Assembly (NCBI GenBank): GCA_019635215.1
Contig: JAHBZZ010000010.1
Location: 29,516 to 93,515 of the forward strand
DNA: 64,000 nucleotides
Direction of reading: 5' to 3'
DNA from: Nitrosomonas sp.
GTDB lineage: Bacteria; Pseudomonadota; Gammaproteobacteria; Burkholderiales; Nitrosomonadaceae
Below, piece by piece: positions 40,887 to 51,018 of the stretch. Both the position numbers and the translations under genes were made by a program. Position 1 is the first letter of the stretch; the number at the start of each line of letters is the position of its first letter. The notes beneath the pieces were generated by a model. That model worked only from the letters and a program-made list of their open reading frames with translations, did no database searches and had not been told where the DNA came from.

Positions 40887-41741
40887 TTGCTCTATATGGT
40901 TCCCGTGACTTGTAACCCAACAGAATCTTTATTCGACGCCGCATATTGCTGTCTGCAAGCCTGTGCGCCGGAAGACAAAGTGCGGCTTACTGAGTTGACC
41001 GCAAAAAAGTGGCGCAACGGCTTGCTATCGCTCGTATCTGAAAATGCTCCCGAACCCATCCGTGAACCGGGACGCCCGGCTAGGCCCGAGCTTGTCCTCC
41101 CCGGTAATGTACCCAAGCGGCGATTGGGTACAAAAGCCGGGCTCACGGCACTCATTCATGCCGTCACACATATTGAATTCAATGCGATCAATCTTGCGTG
41201 GGATGCCGTGTACCGGTTTCGCGAATTACCCGAACCGTTTTACAGCGACTGGGTGAAGGTTGCTCACGAAGAAGCGTATCACTTTCAGCTGCTGCGCACG
41301 CGCCTGAATGAATTGGGTCATGATTACGGCGATTTTCCGGCGCATAACGGCCTGTGGGAAATGGCCAGGAAAACGGACTTTGATCCCATGGTACGGATGG
41401 CGCTCGTGCCGCGCGTGCTGGAAGCCAGAGGACTGGATGTCACCCCCGGTATTATCAAGCGCCTGCGCGCAGTACAGGAAGAGAAAACGGTCGCCATTCT
41501 GGACATTATTCTGCGCGACGAAATCGGGCACGTGAAGATCGGATCGCATTGGTTTAAATACTTCTGCGATCAGCGCCATCTTGACTGCGAACAGACATTC
41601 CGGGATCTACTGAGTCAGTATTTTTCGGGACAGTTATCCGCGCCCTTTCACCACGAAGCAAGGAAACAGGCCGGATTCACTGTGGCGGAACTGGAGGCGC
41701 TGGAAGGTATAGCTGCCTCCGGGACGAAACAATCTATATAA
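40887..41741 (+). CDS. Ferritin-like protein (DUF455)
   Basis: HAVTHIEFNAINLAWD, EEAYHF, HNGLW, EARGLD and DEIGHV di-iron-type motifs. Confidence 0.9.
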   Translation: MLYMVPVTCNPTESLFDAAYCCLQACAPEDKVRLTELTAKKWRNGLLSLVSENAPEPIREPGRPARPELVLPGNVPKRRLGTKAGLTALIHAVTHIEFNAINLAWDAVYRFRELPEPFYSDWVKVAHEEAYHFQLLRTRLNELGHDYGDFPAHNGLWEMARKTDFDPMVRMALVPRVLEARGLDVTPGIIKRLRAVQEEKTVAILDIILRDEIGHVKIGSHWFKYFCDQRHLDCEQTFRDLLSQYFSGQLSAPFHHEARKQAGFTVAELEALEGIAASGTKQSI

Positions 41742-41774
41742 GCCAAGAGATAATCCACTCCGTGGACAGACGCA

Positions 41775-43376
41775 CTAATCCGCCGAATAAACGTAGCAAA
41801 CCGGTAGTGCATTCTTTTTACCCTTTGCAACGATACTAAATGTTTCACCATATTTAAAATCCGGTTTCTCACCGGTTTCAATGACATCACGCATGCTCTG
41901 ACTGATCAGCACATGCTCAGGACGGCAGTTTTTTTCTATGCGCGACGCGGTATTGACGACATCACCAATGGCTGTCCAGTCCAGTCTTTCCGGCGTGCCT
42001 ACATTACCTATGACGACCTTACCCCAGTGAATACCGATGCGCAGCAATAACCTGTCAAGATTTGCGCGTTCCCGTAAAAAATTGATATCCACTGAGTGAT
42101 TCTGCATTTCAAGTGCGGCAATAACGGCATCCCGGGGATTGCGGAAAAGCACCATAATACAATCACCCATAAATTTATCGATAAAACCACCATGTTTTTT
42201 TACGGACAGTGATATTCTGCGCAGAATGGAATTTAATGTATGAATAATGGATTCTTCCTTTTCATTCTTTTCGACGTAAGTCGTAAAACCTACAATATCG
42301 CAAAACAGGATTGCGATATGACATTCCTCGTTACTGAGCAGGTTTCCGCCCAACCGGACCACTTCTCTGGCTTTCTGTTCAACAAGCTGCGGAACATAGT
42401 TGCGGGTTATATTATGCACCCGGGCCTCATTCAGTATGGAGCCTTCCGATAACGCGCTACTGTTTTTTCCATCCAGGGATATTTCCTGCCAAAGGGTATG
42501 AATGATTCCCTGACTGTCACGAAAACCGCTGACATTAAAAAGCACCGATGTTCCATGATCATCACCCGTTTTGAGACGCATCCGATAATTTTCAAATTTA
42601 CCGTGCGGCGTATCCATCATCACGCCCCAAATCACGTCATTATAGAATCGTTTCGGAATTGCGCTTAAAAACACTGCCACTGAAGATTCGTTTTCTTTCA
42701 GATCAAGCTGCGACAGCAGTGATGGCGATAGCGACTGAATTGTTCCCAGGCTGTTAAAACAAACGATGCTATACGAAAGCTGTGTAAAAATTTCCCTGGA
42801 ACTGGTCTCTTGATCGTACCGGGACATCAATACCGGTGGTCTGAATACGCTCAGATCCATCCGCTGCCTGTAAAGGTTGAGTGTTCCCGAATAAAAATTC
42901 GGTTGACCGGCCATCTCCTGTATTTCCAGCCGATAGCCGAGTGTTTTGATCAATTTGTCATTCAACCGAATGGCATCACAGCAGAAACACGGTGCACTGA
43001 TGGCGGCAATGGTATCTTCCGTGTCCGGAAAAGATACCATGACATATAAACTATTTTCTCTGCAAAATTTAGCGATATTCTTGTCGCCATGCTCATTAAT
43101 TTCATTCTCGAACATAGCATCGAATTCAATTTCGTGATCGATATCGCTAAAACCGAAGTCATGCAGAATGATTTGTTTGAATACGTTGTAATGCAGCGCT
43201 TTTATCGCATGCACGGTCATCTGATGCAGTAAAAAAACGGTCGGTTCAAGCAGCGGCCTGAGTTTTAGCCGGTCAAGCGCTGTTGCGGTATTGCTCCGGA
43301 GAGTACCCCATATGTTTTGCCCTATTGAGGTAATGACTAGCTTATGTTCCAGATCGGATTCTACAAATGGCATCAT
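41775..43376 (-). CDS. Class III adenylate/guanylate cyclase with an unassigned N-terminal region
   Basis: FCDIVGFT, DKFMGDCIM, RIGIHWG, GNVG and TAIGDVVNTASRIE motifs. Confidence 0.9.
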   Translation of the reverse strand: MMPFVESDLEHKLVITSIGQNIWGTLRSNTATALDRLKLRPLLEPTVFLLHQMTVHAIKALHYNVFKQIILHDFGFSDIDHEIEFDAMFENEINEHGDKNIAKFCRENSLYVMVSFPDTEDTIAAISAPCFCCDAIRLNDKLIKTLGYRLEIQEMAGQPNFYSGTLNLYRQRMDLSVFRPPVLMSRYDQETSSREIFTQLSYSIVCFNSLGTIQSLSPSLLSQLDLKENESSVAVFLSAIPKRFYNDVIWGVMMDTPHGKFENYRMRLKTGDDHGTSVLFNVSGFRDSQGIIHTLWQEISLDGKNSSALSEGSILNEARVHNITRNYVPQLVEQKAREVVRLGGNLLSNEECHIAILFCDIVGFTTYVEKNEKEESIIHTLNSILRRISLSVKKHGGFIDKFMGDCIMVLFRNPRDAVIAALEMQNHSVDINFLRERANLDRLLLRIGIHWGKVVIGNVGTPERLDWTAIGDVVNTASRIEKNCRPEHVLISQSMRDVIETGEKPDFKYGETFSIVAKGKKNALPVCYVYSAD

Positions 43377-43404
43377 ATTGATATATCAATCAGTTATCAT
43401 ATGA

Positions 43405-44241
43405 TTAGAAACCATGAAGATAAATATCGCTGTGCAGCAGTTTCTGCAGAAAAGCATCATCCAGCAAAAAATTGCAAAGCGCAGCATCGGCGCCCAGGCA
43501 CATCAATTTTTCCCGGCGCGCAGTCAATGTCAGCATACGCGCCCCAAAGCCTGCGTTTTTGATGACACTGTTCGCAATGACAAGAAACAGCATGACTTTG
43601 TTCTCTGTTTGACTACGATGCAATGACTCCAGATCTGTCCCTGTGTAATCCACAAAATATGCCGGCAACTTCCATTCGACAATGGCGCGTTTGCCGACAT
43701 CATTATGGTTGATTTCGAGAAATTTCCGCTCCGCCTCTGCGCACGAACATGAATGCTCAAGCACATAACCCAGAACACCCGGATAATCATCCGGGTAATT
43801 GTAGTGCAATAAAACTTTCCCAATATCATGTAACAAACCGGCAACAAAGGCTTCCTCGGCTAACTTTGATTCCTCCATCTCAAGGCATATTTGCTGACAA
43901 GCCAGCGCTGTCAACAATGAATGCTGCCAGACATGCCTTTGAAAGAGCGTGTTTTTATTTTTCGTAAAAATGACGCGCGAAACAGAAAGCACCGCCAGCG
44001 AACGGATAATGTTGATACCCAGCAGATTAATGGCATGCGGAATCGTCTTGATCGGTTTACCGCAGTTGTACATCGCTGAATTAGCCACCCTGAGCACAAA
44101 CAACGCCATGCCTTGATCCGAACGAATCAACTGGTCCATTTCCTGAAAACAGGTATCAGAACCTGCATCAATACTAATGATCTGGGCAAGCAGATCCGGC
44201 CAAGCAATGATTTTCTTGTAATCAATCGAGTCGAGTTTCAT
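43405..44241 (-). CDS. HDOD-domain protein
   Basis: DQGMALFVLRVANSAMY, AINLLG, WQHSL and AFVAGLLHDIGK motifs. Confidence 0.92.
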   Translation of the reverse strand: MKLDSIDYKKIIAWPDLLAQIISIDAGSDTCFQEMDQLIRSDQGMALFVLRVANSAMYNCGKPIKTIPHAINLLGINIIRSLAVLSVSRVIFTKNKNTLFQRHVWQHSLLTALACQQICLEMEESKLAEEAFVAGLLHDIGKVLLHYNYPDDYPGVLGYVLEHSCSCAEAERKFLEINHNDVGKRAIVEWKLPAYFVDYTGTDLESLHRSQTENKVMLFLVIANSVIKNAGFGARMLTLTARREKLMCLGADAALCNFLLDDAFLQKLLHSDIYLHGF

Positions 44242-44294
44242 ACAATCCGGATGATGCTATCAATCAGGTCACCCCCTTCTATCCAATCGGCCGT

Positions 44295-44963
44295 TTAACG
44301 CTGCGCCGGAATCAGCACAATACTATAGGCATATACAGTTAAATTTTCGTGATCACCATCGGCTTTTGCAATCATTGCCGACTGTTCCTTCGGAGATTTG
44401 TTGCGCAACAATAAATCGGCTTCATTGAGCAATTCATTAGGAAAATACATCTGTGTGATCAAAGTCCGGAAACCCTTTCCGGAAATTTTGAAATGAATAT
44501 GCGGGGGACGCATCCACGTTTTTGTCGCCGGATAAGCGCCGGGTTTTACCGTTCTGAACCGGTAATGCCCGTCCGCATCGCTTCGGATAACGGCCCATCC
44601 TTGAAAATCGGGATCCCGCGGCGTCGGATTCGGATCCCTCGGGTGATTGTACCGGCCTGCCGCATTGGCCTGCCAGACATCGATTACAGCATCAGCAACC
44701 GGATTTCCGGAAATATCGGTTATTGTACCTTCAACAATGATCGCTTCTCCTTTTGCCACGCCTGTACGCCCCGTAATCCGTGTCATATCCGCATCCTTGT
44801 CAGCCTGATCGGCTACCGGATAGAAAGGACCTTCCACTTCAGCAGGCGTTGGCGCCAGCAGCGCCTGATCCCAGCTCTTCGCCACACCCGCGATGCCGAG
44901 AACCGTGCCCGCCAGTCCGTACCGGATTACATTTCTTCTGGAAATTTTTTTCATATTGGCCAA
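44295..44963 (-). CDS. Intradiol ring-cleavage dioxygenase homologue with a Tat signal
   Basis: SRRNVI twin-Arg leader; EGPFYP, WQANAAGRYNH, PGAYP and RPPHIHF (Tyr/Tyr/His/His ligands). Confidence 0.88.
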   Translation of the reverse strand: MANMKKISRRNVIRYGLAGTVLGIAGVAKSWDQALLAPTPAEVEGPFYPVADQADKDADMTRITGRTGVAKGEAIIVEGTITDISGNPVADAVIDVWQANAAGRYNHPRDPNPTPRDPDFQGWAVIRSDADGHYRFRTVKPGAYPATKTWMRPPHIHFKISGKGFRTLITQMYFPNELLNEADLLLRNKSPKEQSAMIAKADGDHENLTVYAYSIVLIPAQR

Positions 44964-45166
44964 TACACATTAAATACATTAAATCAATGCAGAATCTGTC
45001 TTTAGATGAATGCACATTCTCTATCATATTGCCTGCCTATCATAGGCATAATTACAAAAAAACATCCTTTTTACGTTTTTTAATAAAAATACTATGCAAT
45101 CCATGCATTTATTTGGCAGAATTAAGCATTCATGAATAACCTTTCTTATACCGGGGAAATCAAACG

Positions 45167-46510
45167 ATGAAATATAAAAATTTTCAGGAATTCTGCGACT
45201 ATGTTGCGGGTCGCAATCCAGTCCAGCCGGAATTCATACAAGCTGTCAAGGAGGTCATGGGTAGTCTTTGGCCTTTTATTATGGAAAATCCGCGCTATGC
45301 AGAACACGGTGTCCTGGACCGCCTGGTAGAGCCCGAACGTGCTATTATTTTCCGTGTCGCATGGATGGACGATCACGGTGAAGTTAAAGTAAACCGCGGT
45401 TACCGTATTCAGCACAGTTCATCAATCGGCCCTTACAAGGGTGGCACACGTTTTCACCCCTCAGTAAATCTCTCGATTCTTAAATTCCTGGCGTTTGAAC
45501 AGACTTTTAAAAATGCATTGACTACATTACCGATGGGTGGCGGAAAAGGCGGCGCAGACTTTGATCCCAAAGGTAAAAGCCCGGGCGAAATCATGCGCTT
45601 CTGCCAGGCTTACGCCAGTGAATTGTTCCGCCATATCGGTTCGGACACCGACGTGCCTGCAGGCGATATCGGTGTCGGCGGCCGCGAAGTCGGTTACATG
45701 GCAGGTATGGTGAAAAAACTGCTCAATCGCTCGGACTGTATTTTTACCGGAAAAGGTCTCAGTTTTGGCGGTTCACTGGTGCGCCCGGAAGCAACGGGAT
45801 ATGGTACCGTTTATTTCGCACAGGAAGTCCTCAAACATGCCGGACGCTCACTCGACGGCATGCGCGTATCGATATCCGGTTCCGGCAATGTGGCACAGTT
45901 TGCCATTGAAAAAGCCATGACGCTAGGCGCAAAAGTAGTCACCATTTCAGACTCAAGCGGCACTGTGGTAGACGAAGACGGCTTCACCGTAGAGAAACTC
46001 GCTGAATTATCCGAAGTTAAAAATCATTTATACGGCCGTGTCGACGAATATGCCAGACGCATCAACGCAACCTTCCTACCCGACACCAAGCCCTGGCATG
46101 TCCCCGTGGATGTTGCGTTACCCTGCGCAACCCAGAACGAAATCAGCGAAGAAGACGCCAAAACATTGGTCAAAAATGGGGTTATCTGCGTTGCGGAAGG
46201 CGCCAATATGCCATCGACAGCTGAAGCGGTTGAATGCTTTGAGCAGAACGGCGTACTGTACGCACCGGGTAAAGCCAGCAATGCCGGCGGTGTAGCCACT
46301 TCCGGATTGGAGATGAGCCAACACGCCATGCGCCTGTCCTGGACACATGAAGAAGTCGATGCACGCCTGCTTGAGATTATGCAAGCCATTCACCGCTCCT
46401 GTCTGCAATACGGCACAAAACCGGATGGCAGCGTCAATTACGTGGATGGCGCGAATATCGCCGGCTTTGTTAAAGTTGCCGATGCCATGCTGGGACAAGG
46501 CGTAACCTGA
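45167..46510 (+). CDS. gdhA: NADP-specific glutamate dehydrogenase
   Basis: GPYKGG, GGGKGG, DVPAGDIGVG, RPEATGYG, GSGNVA and KASNAGGV motifs. Confidence 0.97.
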   Translation: MKYKNFQEFCDYVAGRNPVQPEFIQAVKEVMGSLWPFIMENPRYAEHGVLDRLVEPERAIIFRVAWMDDHGEVKVNRGYRIQHSSSIGPYKGGTRFHPSVNLSILKFLAFEQTFKNALTTLPMGGGKGGADFDPKGKSPGEIMRFCQAYASELFRHIGSDTDVPAGDIGVGGREVGYMAGMVKKLLNRSDCIFTGKGLSFGGSLVRPEATGYGTVYFAQEVLKHAGRSLDGMRVSISGSGNVAQFAIEKAMTLGAKVVTISDSSGTVVDEDGFTVEKLAELSEVKNHLYGRVDEYARRINATFLPDTKPWHVPVDVALPCATQNEISEEDAKTLVKNGVICVAEGANMPSTAEAVECFEQNGVLYAPGKASNAGGVATSGLEMSQHAMRLSWTHEEVDARLLEIMQAIHRSCLQYGTKPDGSVNYVDGANIAGFVKVADAMLGQGVT

Positions 46511-46739
46511 TTTAATGTTACCGGCATCTCAGGAATAAATGCATCGCAGCACAGCCCGTCAGTTATCGTAGTAATTATTTTGATACGGATAATTACTGCG
46601 ATAGTTTCACCTTGAAGCAAAAGAACCGATACAATCTTCACAATTTTAGTTCAGCAGTTTCAGGGAAAATGCTGATCATGAAAAAGCAGCGGTTTCGCGA
46701 TGTTCGGTTTTTTGATGTTTTGTTTGTACTTTCCATATC

Positions 46740-48674
46740 ATGAACAAATTCCTGATCAGCCTTTTCATTCTTGTCCATGCGAGTATGCTTGCCGCCGTTC
46801 AAGCACATGCATCCTTTCAGCACGACGAGGATTTTCTCATCGCACGCAAAGCATTCCAGGACGGCAACGCCGCACTACTGGCTGAAAAAGCCGGATTACT
46901 GCGAAACCACGTTCTCGCACCTTATGTCGATTTTTACCAGTTCCGTTTGTATCTGCGATCAGCCAGCACCGCTTCAATACGCGATTTTCTCACACGTCAC
47001 AACGATACGCTGATGGCCGAGCGATTACGCACCGACTGGCTCAAACTGCTTGCCCAGACTCAGCAATGGGCGTTGTTTGAAAGTGAATTCGGGAAACTCG
47101 AAAACAAAGACACTGAATTATTGTGCTATGCCTATCAGCATCGTATTGAAACAAGTGATGCAGATGCTCAGTATAAAGCGCGTCAGCTGTGGTTTACCGC
47201 CGACAGCATGCCTGACAGTTGCACACCTGTTTTCAATACGCTGATGGCCAGAAATATCATCACCGTCGACGACCGGTGGGCGCGTATCCGATTGGCACTC
47301 GAAGCCGGCAAAACCGGTATGGCAATTTTTATCAATAACCGCATTCCTACAGGCGAGGCGCTCAACCGCGATGAATTAAACGCAGCTGCGCAGAATCCGC
47401 TGCACTATCTCAAAACACGTCAGAATAAAATCAGATCGCGTGCAGATCGTGAGATAGCCTTGTTTGCGCTATTGCGTTTACTCAGCAACGATACCAATCC
47501 GGCACTGGCGAAGTGGCTGAAAATCAAAGATGCACTGTCGCCATCCGACCAGTCCTATTTTCTGGCCAGGCTTGGTTACCGTGCCGCAATGCGGCATGAT
47601 CCACGCGCATTAGGCTGGTTCAATGCCGCACAACAAACCAAAACACTGCATCCGATGACGGACACGCTGCTGGCATGGCAGACACGCGCAGCACTGCGCG
47701 CAGGCAATTGGGATAGTATACTGAATGCGATCCACCGCATGTCCGCCGATGAGCAGGAGGACGGCGCATGGCGTTACTGGCGGGCACGGGCGCTGAAAGC
47801 AAAAGGCCTTTCGCTGGATGCCAACAAAATTCTGATACCGCTCAGCAACGAGCATAATTATTACGGCCAGCTTGCCAAAGAAGAACTCGGCACCATCCTT
47901 ACAGCAGCAAAGGATTCCCGTCCGGCAACTGCTGCAGAAATAGCCGCCATGGAAAAAATGCCCGGTGTTCAACGCACATTGGCGTTTTACCGGATGGGTT
48001 TGCGCACTGAAGCATATCGGGAATGGGTCTGGACCGTACGTAACTTTAATGACCGTCAATTCCTGGCCGCATCCGAAGTCGCACAGCGCCACGGTCATTA
48101 TGACCGCTCGATCAATACCGCGAACAGGACAGTACAGCAACACGACTTCAAACTGCGTTTTCCCACACCGCACCGCGAAACGCTGCGCCCCGTTTTGAAG
48201 GAACAGGATATCGACGAAGCCTGGGTTTACGGTCTTATCCGCCAGGAAAGCCGGTTTCTTGCCGATGTCACTTCCAGCGCAGGTGCCCGGGGACTCATGC
48301 AACTCATGCCTGATACCGCCCAGTGGGTCGCCAAGCAACTCGGCATCGACAATTTTCAGCAAAGCCTGGTTACCCGGGTCGATATTAATTTGCGGCTGGG
48401 CACTTACTACCTGAAACATGTGTACACAACGTTGAATAGCCAGCCCCTGCTGGCATCCGCTGCCTACAATGCCGGACCGGGACGCGCAAGACGCTGGCGG
48501 GATGACGAGAAAATTCTTGAAGGCGCAGTTTACGCCGAAACCATCCCTTTCAGCGAAACCCGCGACTATGTCAAGAAAGTACTCAAAAACACGGTGTATT
48601 ATGCCAACGTACTGGAACATGATCATAACCCGCCAACACTCAAAGAACGTTTGGGTTTTGTTGAAAAAAAATGA
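46740..48674 (+). CDS. slt: Soluble lytic murein transglycosylase (Slt70-like)
   Basis: Signal peptide; helical N-terminal region; IRQESRF, GARGLMQLMP, AYNAGPGR and ETRDYVKKV motifs. Confidence 0.93.
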   Translation: MNKFLISLFILVHASMLAAVQAHASFQHDEDFLIARKAFQDGNAALLAEKAGLLRNHVLAPYVDFYQFRLYLRSASTASIRDFLTRHNDTLMAERLRTDWLKLLAQTQQWALFESEFGKLENKDTELLCYAYQHRIETSDADAQYKARQLWFTADSMPDSCTPVFNTLMARNIITVDDRWARIRLALEAGKTGMAIFINNRIPTGEALNRDELNAAAQNPLHYLKTRQNKIRSRADREIALFALLRLLSNDTNPALAKWLKIKDALSPSDQSYFLARLGYRAAMRHDPRALGWFNAAQQTKTLHPMTDTLLAWQTRAALRAGNWDSILNAIHRMSADEQEDGAWRYWRARALKAKGLSLDANKILIPLSNEHNYYGQLAKEELGTILTAAKDSRPATAAEIAAMEKMPGVQRTLAFYRMGLRTEAYREWVWTVRNFNDRQFLAASEVAQRHGHYDRSINTANRTVQQHDFKLRFPTPHRETLRPVLKEQDIDEAWVYGLIRQESRFLADVTSSAGARGLMQLMPDTAQWVAKQLGIDNFQQSLVTRVDINLRLGTYYLKHVYTTLNSQPLLASAAYNAGPGRARRWRDDEKILEGAVYAETIPFSETRDYVKKVLKNTVYYANVLEHDHNPPTLKERLGFVEKK

Positions 48675-48738
48675 TATTTTTGATTTCATTTAAGAAATCT
48701 CACCCCGGCTTCTTGGCCTCGCTTAACTTGTCCCGGCA

Positions 48739-49983
48739 TTGAAAACTTACCTGGTAGGCGGCTCAGTACGCGATGAATTGTTGGGTCTGCCCGTAAAAGA
48801 TCATGATTATGTGGTTGTCGGCAGCACGCCGGAAGAAATGGTACGGCTGGGCTATCGCCCGGTGGGTAAGGATTTCCCGGTTTTTTTACATCCCGTAACC
48901 AAGGAACAATACGCGCTGGCGCGCACTGAACGCAAAATATCGCGTGGCTACAAGGGATTCGAGATCTTCACCACGCCGCAGGTCACACTGCAGGAAGATC
49001 TCGTGCGGCGCGACCTGACCATTAACGCCATCGCTAAAGACGCAGACGGCAACATCATCGACCCATTCAACGGCGTAGCCGATCTGGAAGCCGGCATTCT
49101 GCGCCATATCAGTCCGGCGTTCTCGGAAGACCCGGTGCGTATTCTTCGCATCGCCCGGTTTGCTGCGCGTTTCAGCTTCCGCATCGCACCGGAAACACTC
49201 GCACTGATGAGCGACATGGTGCATAACGGCGAAGTCGAGGCGCTGGTGCCGGAACGCGTCTGGCAGGAAATTTCCCGCGGCTTGATGGAAAGCAATCCCT
49301 CGCGTATGTTCTACATGCTGCGCGAATGTGGCGCATTAGCGCGTATTCTGCCCGAAATCGATGTTCTGTTCGGCGTACCGCAACCGGCACATGCCCATCC
49401 GGAAATCGATACCGGCGTACACACCATGATGGTTATCGACTTTGCGGCCTCCAGAAATTATGCCCTGCCGGTACGTTTTGCCGCATTGCTGCATGATCTC
49501 GGCAAAGGCACTACACCGCCGGAAGAATGGCCGCGGCATATCGGTCATGAACAGCGCAGCGTACAACTTGTACAGAATTTATGCGAACGCATTCGCGCGC
49601 CCAGAGATGAGCGCAATCTCGCCGTGCTAGTCGCACAGCTCCATGGCAAGGTACACCGCACCGGGGAATTGAATGCCGCCACAGTGGCTGATCTGTTTCA
49701 CGCGACCGATGCCTACCGCAAACCCGATCGATTCCAGACGTTTTTGCTGGCCTGCGCGAGTGATTTTCATGGCCGCCCCGGTTACGCCGAGCGGCCTTAC
49801 CCACCGATTACGCTGCTAAACCGGGCGCTCACCGCTGCACAACGTGTAGACGCCGGTGCAATAGCGGCATCGCTCAGGGATAAAATCACTGACAATGCCC
49901 TGTTGCCCAATGCGATCAATACCAAAGTGCGCGAAGCACGCATTGCAAAAATCAGACAAGTGCAAAATCACCTGGCGGATTAA
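48739..49983 (+). CDS. cca: Multifunctional CCA-adding enzyme
   Basis: LVGGSVRD, DHDYVV, RRDLTINA and EDPVRILR motifs, plus an HD domain (LLHDLGK). Confidence 0.96.
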   Translation: MKTYLVGGSVRDELLGLPVKDHDYVVVGSTPEEMVRLGYRPVGKDFPVFLHPVTKEQYALARTERKISRGYKGFEIFTTPQVTLQEDLVRRDLTINAIAKDADGNIIDPFNGVADLEAGILRHISPAFSEDPVRILRIARFAARFSFRIAPETLALMSDMVHNGEVEALVPERVWQEISRGLMESNPSRMFYMLRECGALARILPEIDVLFGVPQPAHAHPEIDTGVHTMMVIDFAASRNYALPVRFAALLHDLGKGTTPPEEWPRHIGHEQRSVQLVQNLCERIRAPRDERNLAVLVAQLHGKVHRTGELNAATVADLFHATDAYRKPDRFQTFLLACASDFHGRPGYAERPYPPITLLNRALTAAQRVDAGAIAASLRDKITDNALLPNAINTKVREARIAKIRQVQNHLAD

Positions 49984-50009
49984 CAATGGTCTCGTACGAA
50001 ATGTGAAAG

Positions 50010-50807
50010 TTATAACCGCCAGACCAGCAACGCCTGAAAAACATTCTCATTCACACGCGTTCCGAATTTATTGCTCCAGTACTGCCATTCGGTTCCGATA
50101 AACAGTTTTTGCGGCCGCTCCAGCAGCCGGTGACCCAGATCATAACGAAACTGTATCTGATAGAACAGCCAGGCATGTACTACACCGAACGGATTCTGCC
50201 GTTCGCCAATATACTCGATGTGACCTTCTATACTGAATCTGGAATTCAACAATTCAAAGGGATAACGGCCATTGATATCGACCATGAAACTGTCGGTCTC
50301 CTGGATCCTTGCACTACTGTCGTCAATGTAAGCTGTAAAATCCGAATTCAGGAAAGCGAATCCGGGCACATCCCAGGCGATACGCACACCCGGCAGATAT
50401 TTGCGCACGCCGGACCCGGGCGCCCAGTTGATCCCCATGAGCACGCCCAAATCCTTGACCGGCCCGATCGCCAGATCAATACCGGTGATTTTTCCCAGAC
50501 TCAGATTACCGTAATACTCACCGTAGTAGCCCACCTTGCCGTCATGCGGCACAGCCACATCAAAGAACAAGAAATTGTCGCCAAAACGCCAGCCGCTGGC
50601 ATGCTGGAAAGTAATCACCGATGTTCCGCTCTCTGCCTGAAGAAACGGCTGTTTGAGGTTACCGTACTGATAATGTATTTCCGATACCGACCAATCGAAA
50701 CCATAGGCTGTATCGGGAAACCGGAACAACCACAGACCGCATAACATAACCGACAAGTGAACAAGTATCCGGATACCGCGCAACACAATCAAATCACCGT
50801 ACAGCAT
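50010..50807 (-). CDS. Tsx-like outer-membrane channel
   Basis: Mature N-terminus FDWS..EIHYQYG; TFQHASGW..GDNFLFFD; alternating beta-strand pattern; terminal VWRL. Start uncertain (50807 or 50747; track 51044). Confidence 0.75.
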   Translation of the reverse strand: MLYGDLIVLRGIRILVHLSVMLCGLWLFRFPDTAYGFDWSVSEIHYQYGNLKQPFLQAESGTSVITFQHASGWRFGDNFLFFDVAVPHDGKVGYYGEYYGNLSLGKITGIDLAIGPVKDLGVLMGINWAPGSGVRKYLPGVRIAWDVPGFAFLNSDFTAYIDDSSARIQETDSFMVDINGRYPFELLNSRFSIEGHIEYIGERQNPFGVVHAWLFYQIQFRYDLGHRLLERPQKLFIGTEWQYWSNKFGTRVNENVFQALLVWRL

Positions 50808-51018
50808 TTTTCCAGAATACCTTTCAGCATGATAATGAACAATCTGGCGATCAATTGCATAGCACTTGATCATCCGGCTCCTGGCAATGGCGAACAAACC
50901 TCCGATCTCCATGCCAACGGAAGAAATGCACACAATTCCGCAGCCATACACAACAGAGAGACGATTACAGTCGCACATCAGGCAATCAACAACCCCTGAT
51001 GTATTCACCTGAGAAATA

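Noticed and set aside
45113-45127. TGGCAGAATTAAGCA upstream of gdhA as a sigma-54 promoter
   Set aside because: The GG-to-GC spacing is one base short of the strict -24/-12 requirement.
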